NCBI GenBank assembly: GCA_041653955.1
Contig: JBAZEH010000006.1
Location: 764 to 64,582 of the forward strand
Direction: 5' to 3'
Source: Candidatus Omnitrophota bacterium
GTDB taxonomy: Bacteria; Omnitrophota; Gorgyraeia; Gygaellales; Profunditerraquicolaceae
Length of the DNA: 63,819 bases
Shown here in pieces: positions 33,104 through 41,366 of this stretch. A program made the translations under genes and the position numbers. A model generated the notes under the pieces. That model ran no database searches. It had not been told where the DNA came from and saw only the letters and a program-made list of their open reading frames with translations. Each line of letters starts with the position of its first letter. The stretch's first letter is position 1.

Positions 33104-33144
33104 AGGATGAGGGGGAGGGGAAAGGGACCCTGCCTCCTCATCCT
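33104..33144 (+). other. Intercistronic GC-rich stem-loop
   Basis: AGGATGAGG ... CCTCATCCT (9 bp) with no T-tract. A possible mRNA processing or stability element. Confidence 0.35.
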
Positions 33145-33167
33145 TAGCAAGTTAAAAAGGAGTGGTT

Positions 33168-33566
33168 ATGCGTATAGCTATATCTACAGATGGTGATTTT
33201 GTGTCTGCTCATTTTGGCAGATGCCCTTCTTTTACCCTTGTTGACATTGAAGACGGCAAGGTAATTAAAAGGACGGAAGTGGCAAACCCGGGTCACCAGC
33301 CGGGGGCTATCCCTGAATTTTTGCATAAGAAAGGCGCCAATTGTATCGTTGCCGGGGGGATGGGGATGCGGGCAACTTCATTTTTTGAAGAATATGGCAT
33401 TAAGGCGATTGTAGGAGTGGAAGGCAAAATTGATGAAGTAATTGAACAGCTTAAAAAAGGAGCCCTTGAGGGCGGCGAGAGCCTCTGTCATCCTGGGGCG
33501 GGCAAGGGGTATGGTTTAGATAAAGAAGAGTGTGACCATCCGCACGAAGAGGATTGCGAACATTAG
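33168..33566 (+). CDS. NifX/NifB-C-terminal-like (dinitrogenase FeMo-cofactor biosynthesis domain) protein with Cys/His-rich tail
   Basis: MRIAISTDGDFVSAHFGRCPSF and CIVAGGMG, typical of the NifX_NifB fold. Tail is CHPGAGKGYGLDKEECDHPHEEDCEH. Confidence 0.8.
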   Translation: MRIAISTDGDFVSAHFGRCPSFTLVDIEDGKVIKRTEVANPGHQPGAIPEFLHKKGANCIVAGGMGMRATSFFEEYGIKAIVGVEGKIDEVIEQLKKGALEGGESLCHPGAGKGYGLDKEECDHPHEEDCEH

Positions 33567-33576
33567 GGGGGTAATT

Positions 33577-33957
33577 ATGAAAATATGCGTTACTTCAGAA
33601 GGAGACAATTTAGATTCTAAGGTAGACCCGCGTTTTGGCAGATGCCAGTATTTTATTATTGCCGATACTGAAACTTCAGGATTTGAAGCTATTAAAAATC
33701 CTAATCTTGAATCAATGGGTGGGGCCGGAATTCAGTCTGCCCAATTAGTTGCTTCTAAGCAAGTTGGGGCTGTGGTTACGGGGAATGTAGGGCCTAATGC
33801 CTTTCAAACATTACAGGCGGCAGGCATAGGAATCTTTACCAATGCCTCAGGCACGGTAAAGGAGGCAATTGAGAAATACAAAAAGGGAGGATTTAAGGTA
33901 GTTTCCGGTCCAAGCGTCGGTTCGCATTTTGGTATGCCGGGCAGGAATAAAAAATAA
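33577..33957 (+). CDS. NifX/NifB-C-terminal-like protein (second paralogue)
   Basis: MKICVTSEG..VDPRFGRCQYFII and VVTGNVGPNA motifs. Confidence 0.8.
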   Translation: MKICVTSEGDNLDSKVDPRFGRCQYFIIADTETSGFEAIKNPNLESMGGAGIQSAQLVASKQVGAVVTGNVGPNAFQTLQAAGIGIFTNASGTVKEAIEKYKKGGFKVVSGPSVGSHFGMPGRNKK

Positions 33958-33966
33958 GGAGTGACC

Positions 33967-34134
33967 ATGGCGGCTAGAGTGGATAGAGAGAAGTGCAGCG
34001 GTTGCGGGGCGTGCCGGGAGATCTGCCCTGTTAACGCAATCAAGATAGAGAACGCTAAAGCGGTAATCAGCGATGATTGCGTGGAATGCGGGGCTTGTGT
34101 AAATCAATGCCCGAATGAGGCGATCTCAATTTAG
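33967..34134 (+). CDS. 2x[4Fe-4S] ferredoxin, 55 aa (absent from supplied ORF track)
   Basis: Hand translation: MAARVDREKCSGCGACREICPVNAIKIENAKAVISDDCVECGACVNQCPNEAISI*. Two CxxCxxCxxxCP motifs and an AAGGAG RBS 5-10 nt upstream. Confidence 0.8.
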   Translation: MAARVDREKCSGCGACREICPVNAIKIENAKAVISDDCVECGACVNQCPNEAISI

Positions 34135-34143
34135 GAGGATTTT

Positions 34144-35322
34144 ATGAACAGGCGCAGCTATTTTTTTAGTTCGGAATCAGTAGGAGAAGGCCATCCGGAT
34201 AAATTATGCGACCAGATATCAGATGGTGTGTTAGATGAGGTTTTAAGGCTTGATCCCGGCAAAGAGAGGAGCAGGGTTGCCTGTGAAACTTATGTTACTA
34301 TGGGGCTTTTGATCGTCGGAGGTGAAATTACCACTTCCGCCTATATTAATATCCAGAAACTCGTAAGAGAAATCATCAAGAGTATAGGTTATACACACCC
34401 GAAGTATGGCTTTGATTATAAGACTTGCGCCATCGTAAACACCATTAATAGCCAGTCTCCCGATATCGCGCAGGGGGTAAATACCGGAGGGGCAGGGGAC
34501 CAGGGAATTATGTTTGGTTACGCTTGCAACGAGACGAAAGAATACATGCCTCTTCCGATAACGCTCGCGCATAAACTGGTGAAGCGCATGGCTGATGTGC
34601 GCAGGGCTAATATATTAAAATATTTGGGCCCTGATTGTAAATCGCAGGTTACTATAGAATATCACGATAATAAGCCAAAGCGCGTGGATTCAGTTGTGCT
34701 TGCCTGCCAGCATACCGATAATATTCTGGATAAGACAGGCAGGAATATTACCTCAAAGTCGCGCCACGAGCTTATTGATCTTATTGCCAAACCGGTCTTA
34801 AAGGGATTAGTGGATAAAAATACCAAATATTATGTTAATCAGACTGGTAAATTCTTAATCGGCGGGCCGCAATCCGATACCGGGATGACCGGCAGGAAAA
34901 TTATCGTGGATACTTATGGGGGCACTGTTTCACATGGCGGCGGGGCTTTTTCGGGGAAGGACCCTACAAAGGTTGACCGCTCCGCGGCTTATATGTGCCG
35001 TTATATCGCCAAGAATATGGTTGCCGCGGGCCTTGCCGATAGATTCCTTGTCCAGCTGGCTTATGTTATAGGTTACTCGGAGCCGCTGTCTGTTTATGTG
35101 GATACTTACGGTACGGGGAAGTTGCCTAATGAGCAGTTGGTTAAGCTTATTCGCGATAATTTTAATCTTACGCCTAAAGGAATAATAGATTCCCTTAAAC
35201 TGTTGCTACCGGTATATAGAAAGACGGCTTGTTACGGGCATTTCGGCCGCGATGACGCCGGGTTTAACTGGGAATTAACGGATAAGGCACCTGTTTTAAG
35301 AAAGAAAGCTTCAAGGTTATAA
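34144..35322 (+). CDS. metK: S-adenosylmethionine synthase
   Basis: [16 protein letters not shown] and [16 protein letters not shown] motifs. Confidence 0.97.
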   Translation: MNRRSYFFSSESVGEGHPDKLCDQISDGVLDEVLRLDPGKERSRVACETYVTMGLLIVGGEITTSAYINIQKLVREIIKSIGYTHPKYGFDYKTCAIVNTINSQSPDIAQGVNTGGAGDQGIMFGYACNETKEYMPLPITLAHKLVKRMADVRRANILKYLGPDCKSQVTIEYHDNKPKRVDSVVLACQHTDNILDKTGRNITSKSRHELIDLIAKPVLKGLVDKNTKYYVNQTGKFLIGGPQSDTGMTGRKIIVDTYGGTVSHGGGAFSGKDPTKVDRSAAYMCRYIAKNMVAAGLADRFLVQLAYVIGYSEPLSVYVDTYGTGKLPNEQLVKLIRDNFNLTPKGIIDSLKLLLPVYRKTACYGHFGRDDAGFNWELTDKAPVLRKKASRL

Positions 35323-35343
35323 TTAAAAAAGGAGGTGGTTTGT

Positions 35344-35595
35344 ATGCCGTTTTTTGAACCATTAGAGAAGATGGACCCTAAGCATGTTGATTTAGAAAGA
35401 GCGAGAAAGTCTTTGCGCGAAGAACTTGAGGCGGTTGATTTTTATCAGGAACGGATTGACGCGACTGAAGATGAATCTTTAAAAAAACTCCTCGCGCATA
35501 ATATGAACGAGGAAAAGGAACACGCGGCTATGCTTATGGAGTGGATCAGGAAGAATGATGCTGTGCAGGATAAGATGTTTCAAGAGCATGATTAG
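35344..35595 (+). CDS. Encapsulated-ferritin (EncFtn)-family ferritin-like protein lacking a C-terminal extension
   Basis: EELEAVDFYQERIDATEDESLKKLLAHNMNEEKEHAAMLMEWIRKNDA closely parallels my recollection of the Rhodospirillum EncFtn core (EELEAVDWYDQRVDAS..ILAHNRDEEKEHAAMTLEWLRRNDA). Start set at the ATG behind GGAGG. Confidence 0.72.
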   Translation: MPFFEPLEKMDPKHVDLERARKSLREELEAVDFYQERIDATEDESLKKLLAHNMNEEKEHAAMLMEWIRKNDAVQDKMFQEHD

Positions 35596-35607
35596 GAGGT
35601 GGTTGCT

Positions 35608-35838
35608 ATGCCAAGAGGAGATGGAACAGGGCCTTTAGGCCAGGGGCCGGGTACAGGAAGGGGAAGAGGAATGGGAAGGGGTGCTGGCATGGGACGGATG
35701 GGAGGAAACCGCCCCGGGGCAGGCCCCGGAGGTGCTTGCGTGTGTCCTGCTTGTGGAGAAAGGGTTCCCCATCAAGCCGGGACGCCATGCGCATTGATTA
35801 ATTGCCCTAAATGCGGGGTAAAAATGGTAAGGGAGTAG
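35608..35838 (+). CDS. DUF5320-like protein with C-terminal zinc ribbon
   Basis: MPRGDGTGPLGQGPGTGRGRG N-terminus, paralogous to the 32728 protein. C-terminal CPACG...CPKCG. Confidence 0.65.
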   Translation: MPRGDGTGPLGQGPGTGRGRGMGRGAGMGRMGGNRPGAGPGGACVCPACGERVPHQAGTPCALINCPKCGVKMVRE

Positions 35839-35848
35839 GGGCTGGATT

Positions 35849-36460
35849 TTGGAGAAAGAAGTTTTTGAAAATCACAAGATATATTTAGAAAGGCTTGAAT
35901 TCTACCGGGGTTTTGGTTACGATTTAGAGAAGGAAAGAGATTTTATCCTTGATAAGTCCCTTCCTGTTTCTGAAGAGATCCTGGAAGTCGGAACCGGCAA
36001 GGGCCATTTTGCCCTTGCCTTGGCAAAACGGGGGTATACTTTTGTAAGCATAGATATCTCCCGGCAAGAGCAAGAGATAGCTGCATTGAATTTGCGATAT
36101 TTTGGCCTGGAAAAACAAGCGGCTCTTAGAATTGAAGACGCGGAGCATTTAAGTTTTTCGGGCCAAAGTTTTAATACCATATTTTCTATTAATGTGTTTC
36201 ATCATCTTGAAAAACCGTTAGTGGTTTTAGATGAGATGATCCGTTTGCTGCGGCCTGCCGGAAAGATTATCCTAAGCGATTTTAGCGCCAGGGGGTTAGA
36301 TATCATTAATGCCTGTCATATGCGTGAAGGGCGCAAGCACGATTATTTTAAACATCGTTTAGATGAGGCAAGAGATTATTTCGTTAATAAAGGTTTCAAT
36401 GTTGGAGAGTGCCAAAGCGAAGTCCAGAAAGTAATTATAGCTGAACGAATACAAGGATAA
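35849..36460 (+). CDS. Class I SAM-dependent methyltransferase
   Basis: ILEVGTGKGHFALALA motif I. TTG start, with no upstream in-frame ATG. Confidence 0.75.
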   Translation: MEKEVFENHKIYLERLEFYRGFGYDLEKERDFILDKSLPVSEEILEVGTGKGHFALALAKRGYTFVSIDISRQEQEIAALNLRYFGLEKQAALRIEDAEHLSFSGQSFNTIFSINVFHHLEKPLVVLDEMIRLLRPAGKIILSDFSARGLDIINACHMREGRKHDYFKHRLDEARDYFVNKGFNVGECQSEVQKVIIAERIQG

Positions 36461-36462
36461 AG

Positions 36463-37317
36463 ATGATTATTTCGGTTGCGAGCGGAAAGGGCGGAACAGG
36501 CAAGACTACCATAGCAGTCAATCTCGCCTTATCTATAGATAATGTGCAGTTCCTTGATTGCGATGTTGAAGAACCCAACGCCCATATTTTTCTTAAACCC
36601 CGGATCAATAAGCAGGCCAAAGCGTATATACCCGTTCCGGAGATTGACGAATCTAAGTGCGTTTATTGCGGTAAATGTGCCAAGGTATGTGTTTATAACG
36701 CGATAGCAGTTTTGCCCGGCCAATCCAGAAAAAAGGGGACGATTTTGGTCTTTGAACAGCTTTGCCATGGCTGTGGGGCTTGCAGCGCTCTTTGTCCGGA
36801 AGGAGCGATAAAAGAGGTGAAGAGGGAAATAGGAGTTGTGGAGTTCGGCAATTTCCAAGATATAGAATTTATCCATGGTAAACTCAATATCGGAGAAGCA
36901 ATGTCTCCACCCCTTATCCGGCAGGTCAAAGAGCATATCAACCCTAAAAAAACCGTTATTATTGACGCTCCCCCCGGCACGTCATGCCCGGTAGTGGCTT
37001 CAGTCAAGGGAAGCGATTTCTGTATATTAGTTACTGAACCGACACCCTTCGGTTTAAATGATCTTGTTTTAGCGGTAGAGGTGATAAGGAAACTGAAAAT
37101 TCCTTTTGGAGTCGTAATAAACCGCGCCGACCTGGGAAATAGAAAAACCGAAGAATACTGCAAACAAGAGAATATTTCTGTTTTGATGAGGATACCTTTT
37201 AAAAAAGAAATAGCCATGGCTTATTCCAGGGGTGAGCCTATGGTTAGGGCGTTCCCGGAGTATAAAAAAGATTTCCATGGTCTTTTTAACGCGATCCAGA
37301 ATGGAAAATTTAGTTAA
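36463..37317 (+). CDS. MinD/CooC-superfamily P-loop ATPase with inserted 2x[4Fe-4S] ferredoxin domain (COG1149-type)
   Basis: Deviant Walker A SGKGGTGKTT, CDVEEPN, CVYCGKCAKVC, CHGCGACSALCP and DAPPGTSCPV. Confidence 0.85.
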   Translation: MIISVASGKGGTGKTTIAVNLALSIDNVQFLDCDVEEPNAHIFLKPRINKQAKAYIPVPEIDESKCVYCGKCAKVCVYNAIAVLPGQSRKKGTILVFEQLCHGCGACSALCPEGAIKEVKREIGVVEFGNFQDIEFIHGKLNIGEAMSPPLIRQVKEHINPKKTVIIDAPPGTSCPVVASVKGSDFCILVTEPTPFGLNDLVLAVEVIRKLKIPFGVVINRADLGNRKTEEYCKQENISVLMRIPFKKEIAMAYSRGEPMVRAFPEYKKDFHGLFNAIQNGKFS

Positions 37318-37702
37318 AGATTTTTTAAAACAGAAACGATTTGCCGTAGCCGGTTCTTTTAGAAGCAGGGAAAAGTTCGCTTATAAAATATTAATCAGTT
37401 TGATTGAAAAAGGTTATATGGTTTTTCCTGTTAATCCGCATATTAATGAAGTCGAAGGCAGGGTTTCTTATAAAACTATAAGCGATATTCCTTTTGAGGT
37501 GGATGTGGTTGATATCGTAACTCCCCCCTCCGTAACCGAAGCCATTTTAAAAGAATGCCTGCAAAAGGGGATAAAAAGGGTATGGCTTCAGCCCGGGGCA
37601 GAGAGCCCGGATGCTATCAAGTTTTGCCAGGATAATGATATTAAGGTAATCCACAGCATGTGCGTAATGCTGGAGTCGCTGAAAGAACGGGGGAACCCAT
37701 GA
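37301..37702 (+). CDS. CoA-binding domain protein (YccU/YneT-like)
   Basis: KRFAVAGSFR..KFAYKIL..GYMVFPVNP, typical of the CoA_binding_2 fold. Start set at the ATG giving MENLVKDF. 17-nt overlap with the upstream gene. Confidence 0.75.
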   Translation: MENLVKDFLKQKRFAVAGSFRSREKFAYKILISLIEKGYMVFPVNPHINEVEGRVSYKTISDIPFEVDVVDIVTPPSVTEAILKECLQKGIKRVWLQPGAESPDAIKFCQDNDIKVIHSMCVMLESLKERGNP

Positions 37703-39048
37703 GTAAGAAAACGGATATTCTTATTATAGGCGCCGGTCCTGCGGGAGTAGTATGCGCCGTGACTGCCAGGAAATATTACCCCTCTAAGAGTATAGTAGTG
37801 ATGAAGGATGTTGCTGACGGGGTTATCCCCTGCGGGATACCCTATATGTTTTCCAGCCTGGATAATCCGGATGAGAATAAGCTGGGTATGGCGTCTTTGG
37901 AAAAGAACAATATAGAGATAGCCGTTGATACAGCCGTGAGTATAAACAGAAAGGAAAAAACAGTAGATTCAACAAGCAAAAACAGGTATTCCTATGAAAA
38001 GTTGGTTTTGGCGGTCGGCTCAACCCCGTTAATTCTGCCTATTAAGGGTATAGATAAAAAAGGGGTCTACCCGATACATAAAGAAATGGGGTATTTGAAG
38101 GAAGTTGTAAGCCAGATCAAGCTCTGTAAGAATATCCTAGTAATCGGGGGAGGGTTTATCGGAGTTGAGTTTGCCGACGAACTTGCCGGATTAAAAGGGG
38201 TAAATGTTACTTTAGTAGAGATGTTACCGCGTTTATTAGCTAATTCATTTGATCCCGAATTCTCACAGATGGCCGAGGAACGTTTAAAGGAAAAAGGGGT
38301 TAATATCCTGGTTAATGCCCGGGTTGAAGAAATAATCGGGCAGGATAAAGTTGAAAAGGTGAGGTTTAGTGATGGCAAAGAGATCCCGGTAGAAGGGGTT
38401 ATACTCGGCGCAGGTTCAAAGCCGAATATAAAAATGGCTATTGAAGCCGGATTGGAGATGGGTTTTTGCAAAGGCATATTAACGGATGAGTATATGAGGA
38501 CTTCAGTCGATCCTGACATCTTCGCGATCGGAGATTGTTCCTGCAAAAGAGATTTTTATACCCGCAAGGCCATACCTGTAATGCTTGCTTCAACAGCGAC
38601 AGCTGAAGCGAGGATCGCGGGCGCTAATCTTTATCAAATAAAAGTTATCCGTGAAAATAAAGGTACGATTGCTATATATTCCACGTATATTGATGGTCTT
38701 GTCTTAGGCTCGGCTGGGCTTACTGAAAAAACCGCCCGTGAAGAAGGTTTTGAAATTATTGTAAGCAGTATAGACGGCGTTGACAAGCACCCCGCTTCTT
38801 TACCGGGAGCCTGTAAGGGGAAGATAAAATTAATCTTTTCTAAACAGTCAGGCATCATTTTGGGAGGCCAGGTAAGTTGCGGGATGTCTTGTGCCCAAAT
38901 GATTAATGTAATAGGTATCGCTATCCAGAAGCGGATGTCTTGTACGGAGCTTGAAACTTTACAGATCGCGACGCATCCTTATCTGACTAGCGCGCCTACG
39001 ATGTATCCTATTATCCTGGCTGCCCAGGATGTGTATGGAAAGATTTAA
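37699..39048 (+). CDS. FAD-dependent pyridine nucleotide-disulfide oxidoreductase, single-Cys NADH oxidase / CoA-disulfide reductase type
   Basis: ILIIGAGPAG FAD motif, candidate redox Cys in GVIPCGIPYMF, second dinucleotide motif VIGGGFIGVEFA. ATGA overlap with the CoA-binding gene. Confidence 0.85.
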   Translation: MSKKTDILIIGAGPAGVVCAVTARKYYPSKSIVVMKDVADGVIPCGIPYMFSSLDNPDENKLGMASLEKNNIEIAVDTAVSINRKEKTVDSTSKNRYSYEKLVLAVGSTPLILPIKGIDKKGVYPIHKEMGYLKEVVSQIKLCKNILVIGGGFIGVEFADELAGLKGVNVTLVEMLPRLLANSFDPEFSQMAEERLKEKGVNILVNARVEEIIGQDKVEKVRFSDGKEIPVEGVILGAGSKPNIKMAIEAGLEMGFCKGILTDEYMRTSVDPDIFAIGDCSCKRDFYTRKAIPVMLASTATAEARIAGANLYQIKVIRENKGTIAIYSTYIDGLVLGSAGLTEKTAREEGFEIIVSSIDGVDKHPASLPGACKGKIKLIFSKQSGIILGGQVSCGMSCAQMINVIGIAIQKRMSCTELETLQIATHPYLTSAPTMYPIILAAQDVYGKI

Positions 39049-39064
39049 CGAAGGGTAAAATTAT

Positions 39065-39916
39065 ATGAAACAAATTGTGGTTATCAGCGGTAAGGGCGGG
39101 ACGGGTAAAACCGTTATTACGGGCGCGTTTGCCGCCTTAGCGAAAAATAAGGTTATGGCGGATTGCGATGTGGATGCCGCTGACCTGCATTTATTATTAC
39201 AGCCGGAAATAAAAGAACGTCATGATTTCAGGAGCGGTTTAAGCGCCTCGATTGATAAGAAAATATGCCGGAAGTGCGGGAAATGTATTGTTGCCTGCAG
39301 ATTTGATGCTATAAGCCAGGATTTTATAATTGACCCTGTTGCCTGCGAAGGATGCGCTTTTTGCAGCCATATTTGCCCGGCAGGGGCTATAAAGATGGAA
39401 GAAAACCTTGCGGGGGAATGGTTTATTTCCGAAACGCGCTTTGGACCTATGGTGCACGCCAAACTTGGGATCGCTGAAGAGAATTCAGGCAAGCTTGTTT
39501 CTTTGGTTAGAAAAAAGGCAAAAGAGCTGGCGCAAAAGAATAACTGTGATTGGGTGATCATTGATGGCGCCCCGGGCATAGGTTGCCCTGTGATTGCGTC
39601 CCTTTCAGGCATTGATTGTGCGTTAGTGGTAACCGAGCCTACGCTATCCGGCATGCACGATGCATTAAGGGTCATAGAAGTAACCGGGCATTTTAATGTT
39701 CCTGCGCGGCTGGTAATTAATAAATACGATTTAAACCCGGATATGTCAAAGATAATAGAAGACCATTGTGCGAAAAGCGGAATCCCGCTGATCGGAAAGA
39801 TCGGGTTTGATAAGGCTGTGGTGGAAGCTATGGTAGAGGGCAAAACTATTATGGAACATAAGGATACGGCAGCTAAGGATGAGATTCGCAGGATTTGGGA
39901 AAAATTGAAGGCTTAA
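39065..39916 (+). CDS. MinD/CooC-superfamily P-loop ATPase with inserted ferredoxin domain (second paralogue)
   Basis: SGKGGTGKT, DCDVDAADL, CRKCGKCIVAC, CEGCAFCSHICP and DGAPGIGCPV. Confidence 0.85.
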   Translation: MKQIVVISGKGGTGKTVITGAFAALAKNKVMADCDVDAADLHLLLQPEIKERHDFRSGLSASIDKKICRKCGKCIVACRFDAISQDFIIDPVACEGCAFCSHICPAGAIKMEENLAGEWFISETRFGPMVHAKLGIAEENSGKLVSLVRKKAKELAQKNNCDWVIIDGAPGIGCPVIASLSGIDCALVVTEPTLSGMHDALRVIEVTGHFNVPARLVINKYDLNPDMSKIIEDHCAKSGIPLIGKIGFDKAVVEAMVEGKTIMEHKDTAAKDEIRRIWEKLKA

Positions 39917-39928
39917 AATATAAGTTTT

Positions 39929-40918
39929 ATGGATAGCCGGGATATTCACGTATTAAAATATTTTTCATCGTTTGTCAGCGTCTCCAACGGGCAAGTAATC
40001 AATATTACCGAGCCGGTAATGACTTTTTGCCCTTTGGCAAAACATTTATATAAGGATTTTGGCGGCATCCGGGGCGATGACAGAGAAGCCATTAAGAGCG
40101 CTGTTAAAAGGGCAATTGAATCAAAAATAAAAGACCACGGTTTTTTTACCGAAAAGAGGAATATTTCATATGGTGGTATTTCAATACCATATGGTGCTTC
40201 GGAGATGATCAGTTTTGCGTTAAGAAAAGGCGTTATAGACGCGGCAGTTGTAGTTTGTGAAGGGGCGGGGACGGTTATCGTAGATAGGCCGGAAATTATC
40301 CAGGGTATAGGCGCCCGGATGAATAGTTTATTGTTAACTTCCCCTATTAAAGGGATTATAAACAGGCTCCGGTCCGCCGGTTGCCGGGTGGTATTTGAAA
40401 ACGCGCTTATTGACCAGGCTTTAGGGGCCAGGGAGGCAGTAAGGGCTGGATATAAGGCTATTGCCGTTACTGTAAGCGGCCATTCTGCGGCAGATTTAAA
40501 GGTATTGCGTTTATTAGAGGCAGAAAGCATAGCTGCAATTACCTCTTTAGCGGTGTGCACGACCGGTATCTCTAAAGATAAGATCGGCATGATACGCGAT
40601 TACGCTGATCTGGCGTGGAGTTGCGCTTCTTTTGATGTGCGCCGGATAATAGGGCCTTTGGCCAGATACCAGCTTTCCCTGCAAATACCCGTTTTTGTTT
40701 TGACTAAAAAAGGGACAGATTTTGTTTCGGCGTATGCTAATGATGAGGAAATTATAAGAAAATTAGACGAAACAAAACAATACCTTTTTTCGAATGATCC
40801 GGGCGGAAAAGCTGTTTATTTAGGGGATTTTAAAGCGTTTATCAGCGAGTCCCGGCTGCCGGTTAAGGCCAACAAAGAGCCCAGCTTCGCGGACGAGAAT
40901 AAATGCGTTCCCGCGTAA
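39929..40918 (+). CDS. Conserved hypothetical protein, possibly DUF2099 / methanogenesis-marker-8-like
   Basis: Clear 329-aa ORF. FCPLAKH, ASEMISFALRKGVIDAAVVVCEGAGTVI and IQGIGARM resemble my memory of DUF2099. The family call is tentative. Confidence 0.45.
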   Translation: MDSRDIHVLKYFSSFVSVSNGQVINITEPVMTFCPLAKHLYKDFGGIRGDDREAIKSAVKRAIESKIKDHGFFTEKRNISYGGISIPYGASEMISFALRKGVIDAAVVVCEGAGTVIVDRPEIIQGIGARMNSLLLTSPIKGIINRLRSAGCRVVFENALIDQALGAREAVRAGYKAIAVTVSGHSAADLKVLRLLEAESIAAITSLAVCTTGISKDKIGMIRDYADLAWSCASFDVRRIIGPLARYQLSLQIPVFVLTKKGTDFVSAYANDEEIIRKLDETKQYLFSNDPGGKAVYLGDFKAFISESRLPVKANKEPSFADENKCVPA

Positions 40919-40945
40919 ATAGGTAATATTTTGGAAAGTATTCAT

Positions 40946-41341
40946 ATGCAAAATTCAAGCAACAAGGAAGATACTGCCGGATATCCTGAAGAGGTTGTCA
41001 GCCTTTTAAATAGTAAAAAGTTTTTTGGTAGAATGAATGACCCTGCAGGCTCATCATATTTAAAGGGGCCTTGCGGTGATTCTATGGAGTTTTACCTGGT
41101 GATAGCGGATAAGAAGATCACCGATATTAAATATTATACGGAAGGGTGCGGAGCCACAAGGGCGTGTGCCGCGATGGTAGCGCATTTGGTTTGCGGGAAA
41201 ACCGTCAATGAGGCTTTGAATATTTCAGCTGGGGATATTATCAAGCGGTTAAAGGGACTACCGGAAGACCATCTGCATTGTTCGATACTTGCAGTAAGCA
41301 CTCTTTACAGGGCGATAGCGGACTACCTGCTTAAAAAATAA
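40946..41341 (+). CDS. IscU/NifU N-terminal-type Fe-S cluster scaffold protein
   Basis: GPCGDSMEFYL, GCGATRAC and HCSILAV supply the three scaffold Cys residues in the expected spacing. Confidence 0.8.
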   Translation: MQNSSNKEDTAGYPEEVVSLLNSKKFFGRMNDPAGSSYLKGPCGDSMEFYLVIADKKITDIKYYTEGCGATRACAAMVAHLVCGKTVNEALNISAGDIIKRLKGLPEDHLHCSILAVSTLYRAIADYLLKK

Positions 41342-41366
41342 GGAAACAGGATAACCTGCGGCTTAA

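Noticed and set aside
34135-34143. SAM riboswitch upstream of metK
   Set aside because: Only 9 nt separate the ferredoxin stop from the metK ATG, so there is no room for a riboswitch.
37232-37300. Longer N-terminus for the CoA-binding protein (track start 37232)
   Set aside because: The extension (MSLWLGRSRSIKKISMVFLTRSR) lies inside the preceding ATPase gene and is unlike CoA-binding proteins. The ATG at 37301 gives the typical start of that fold.
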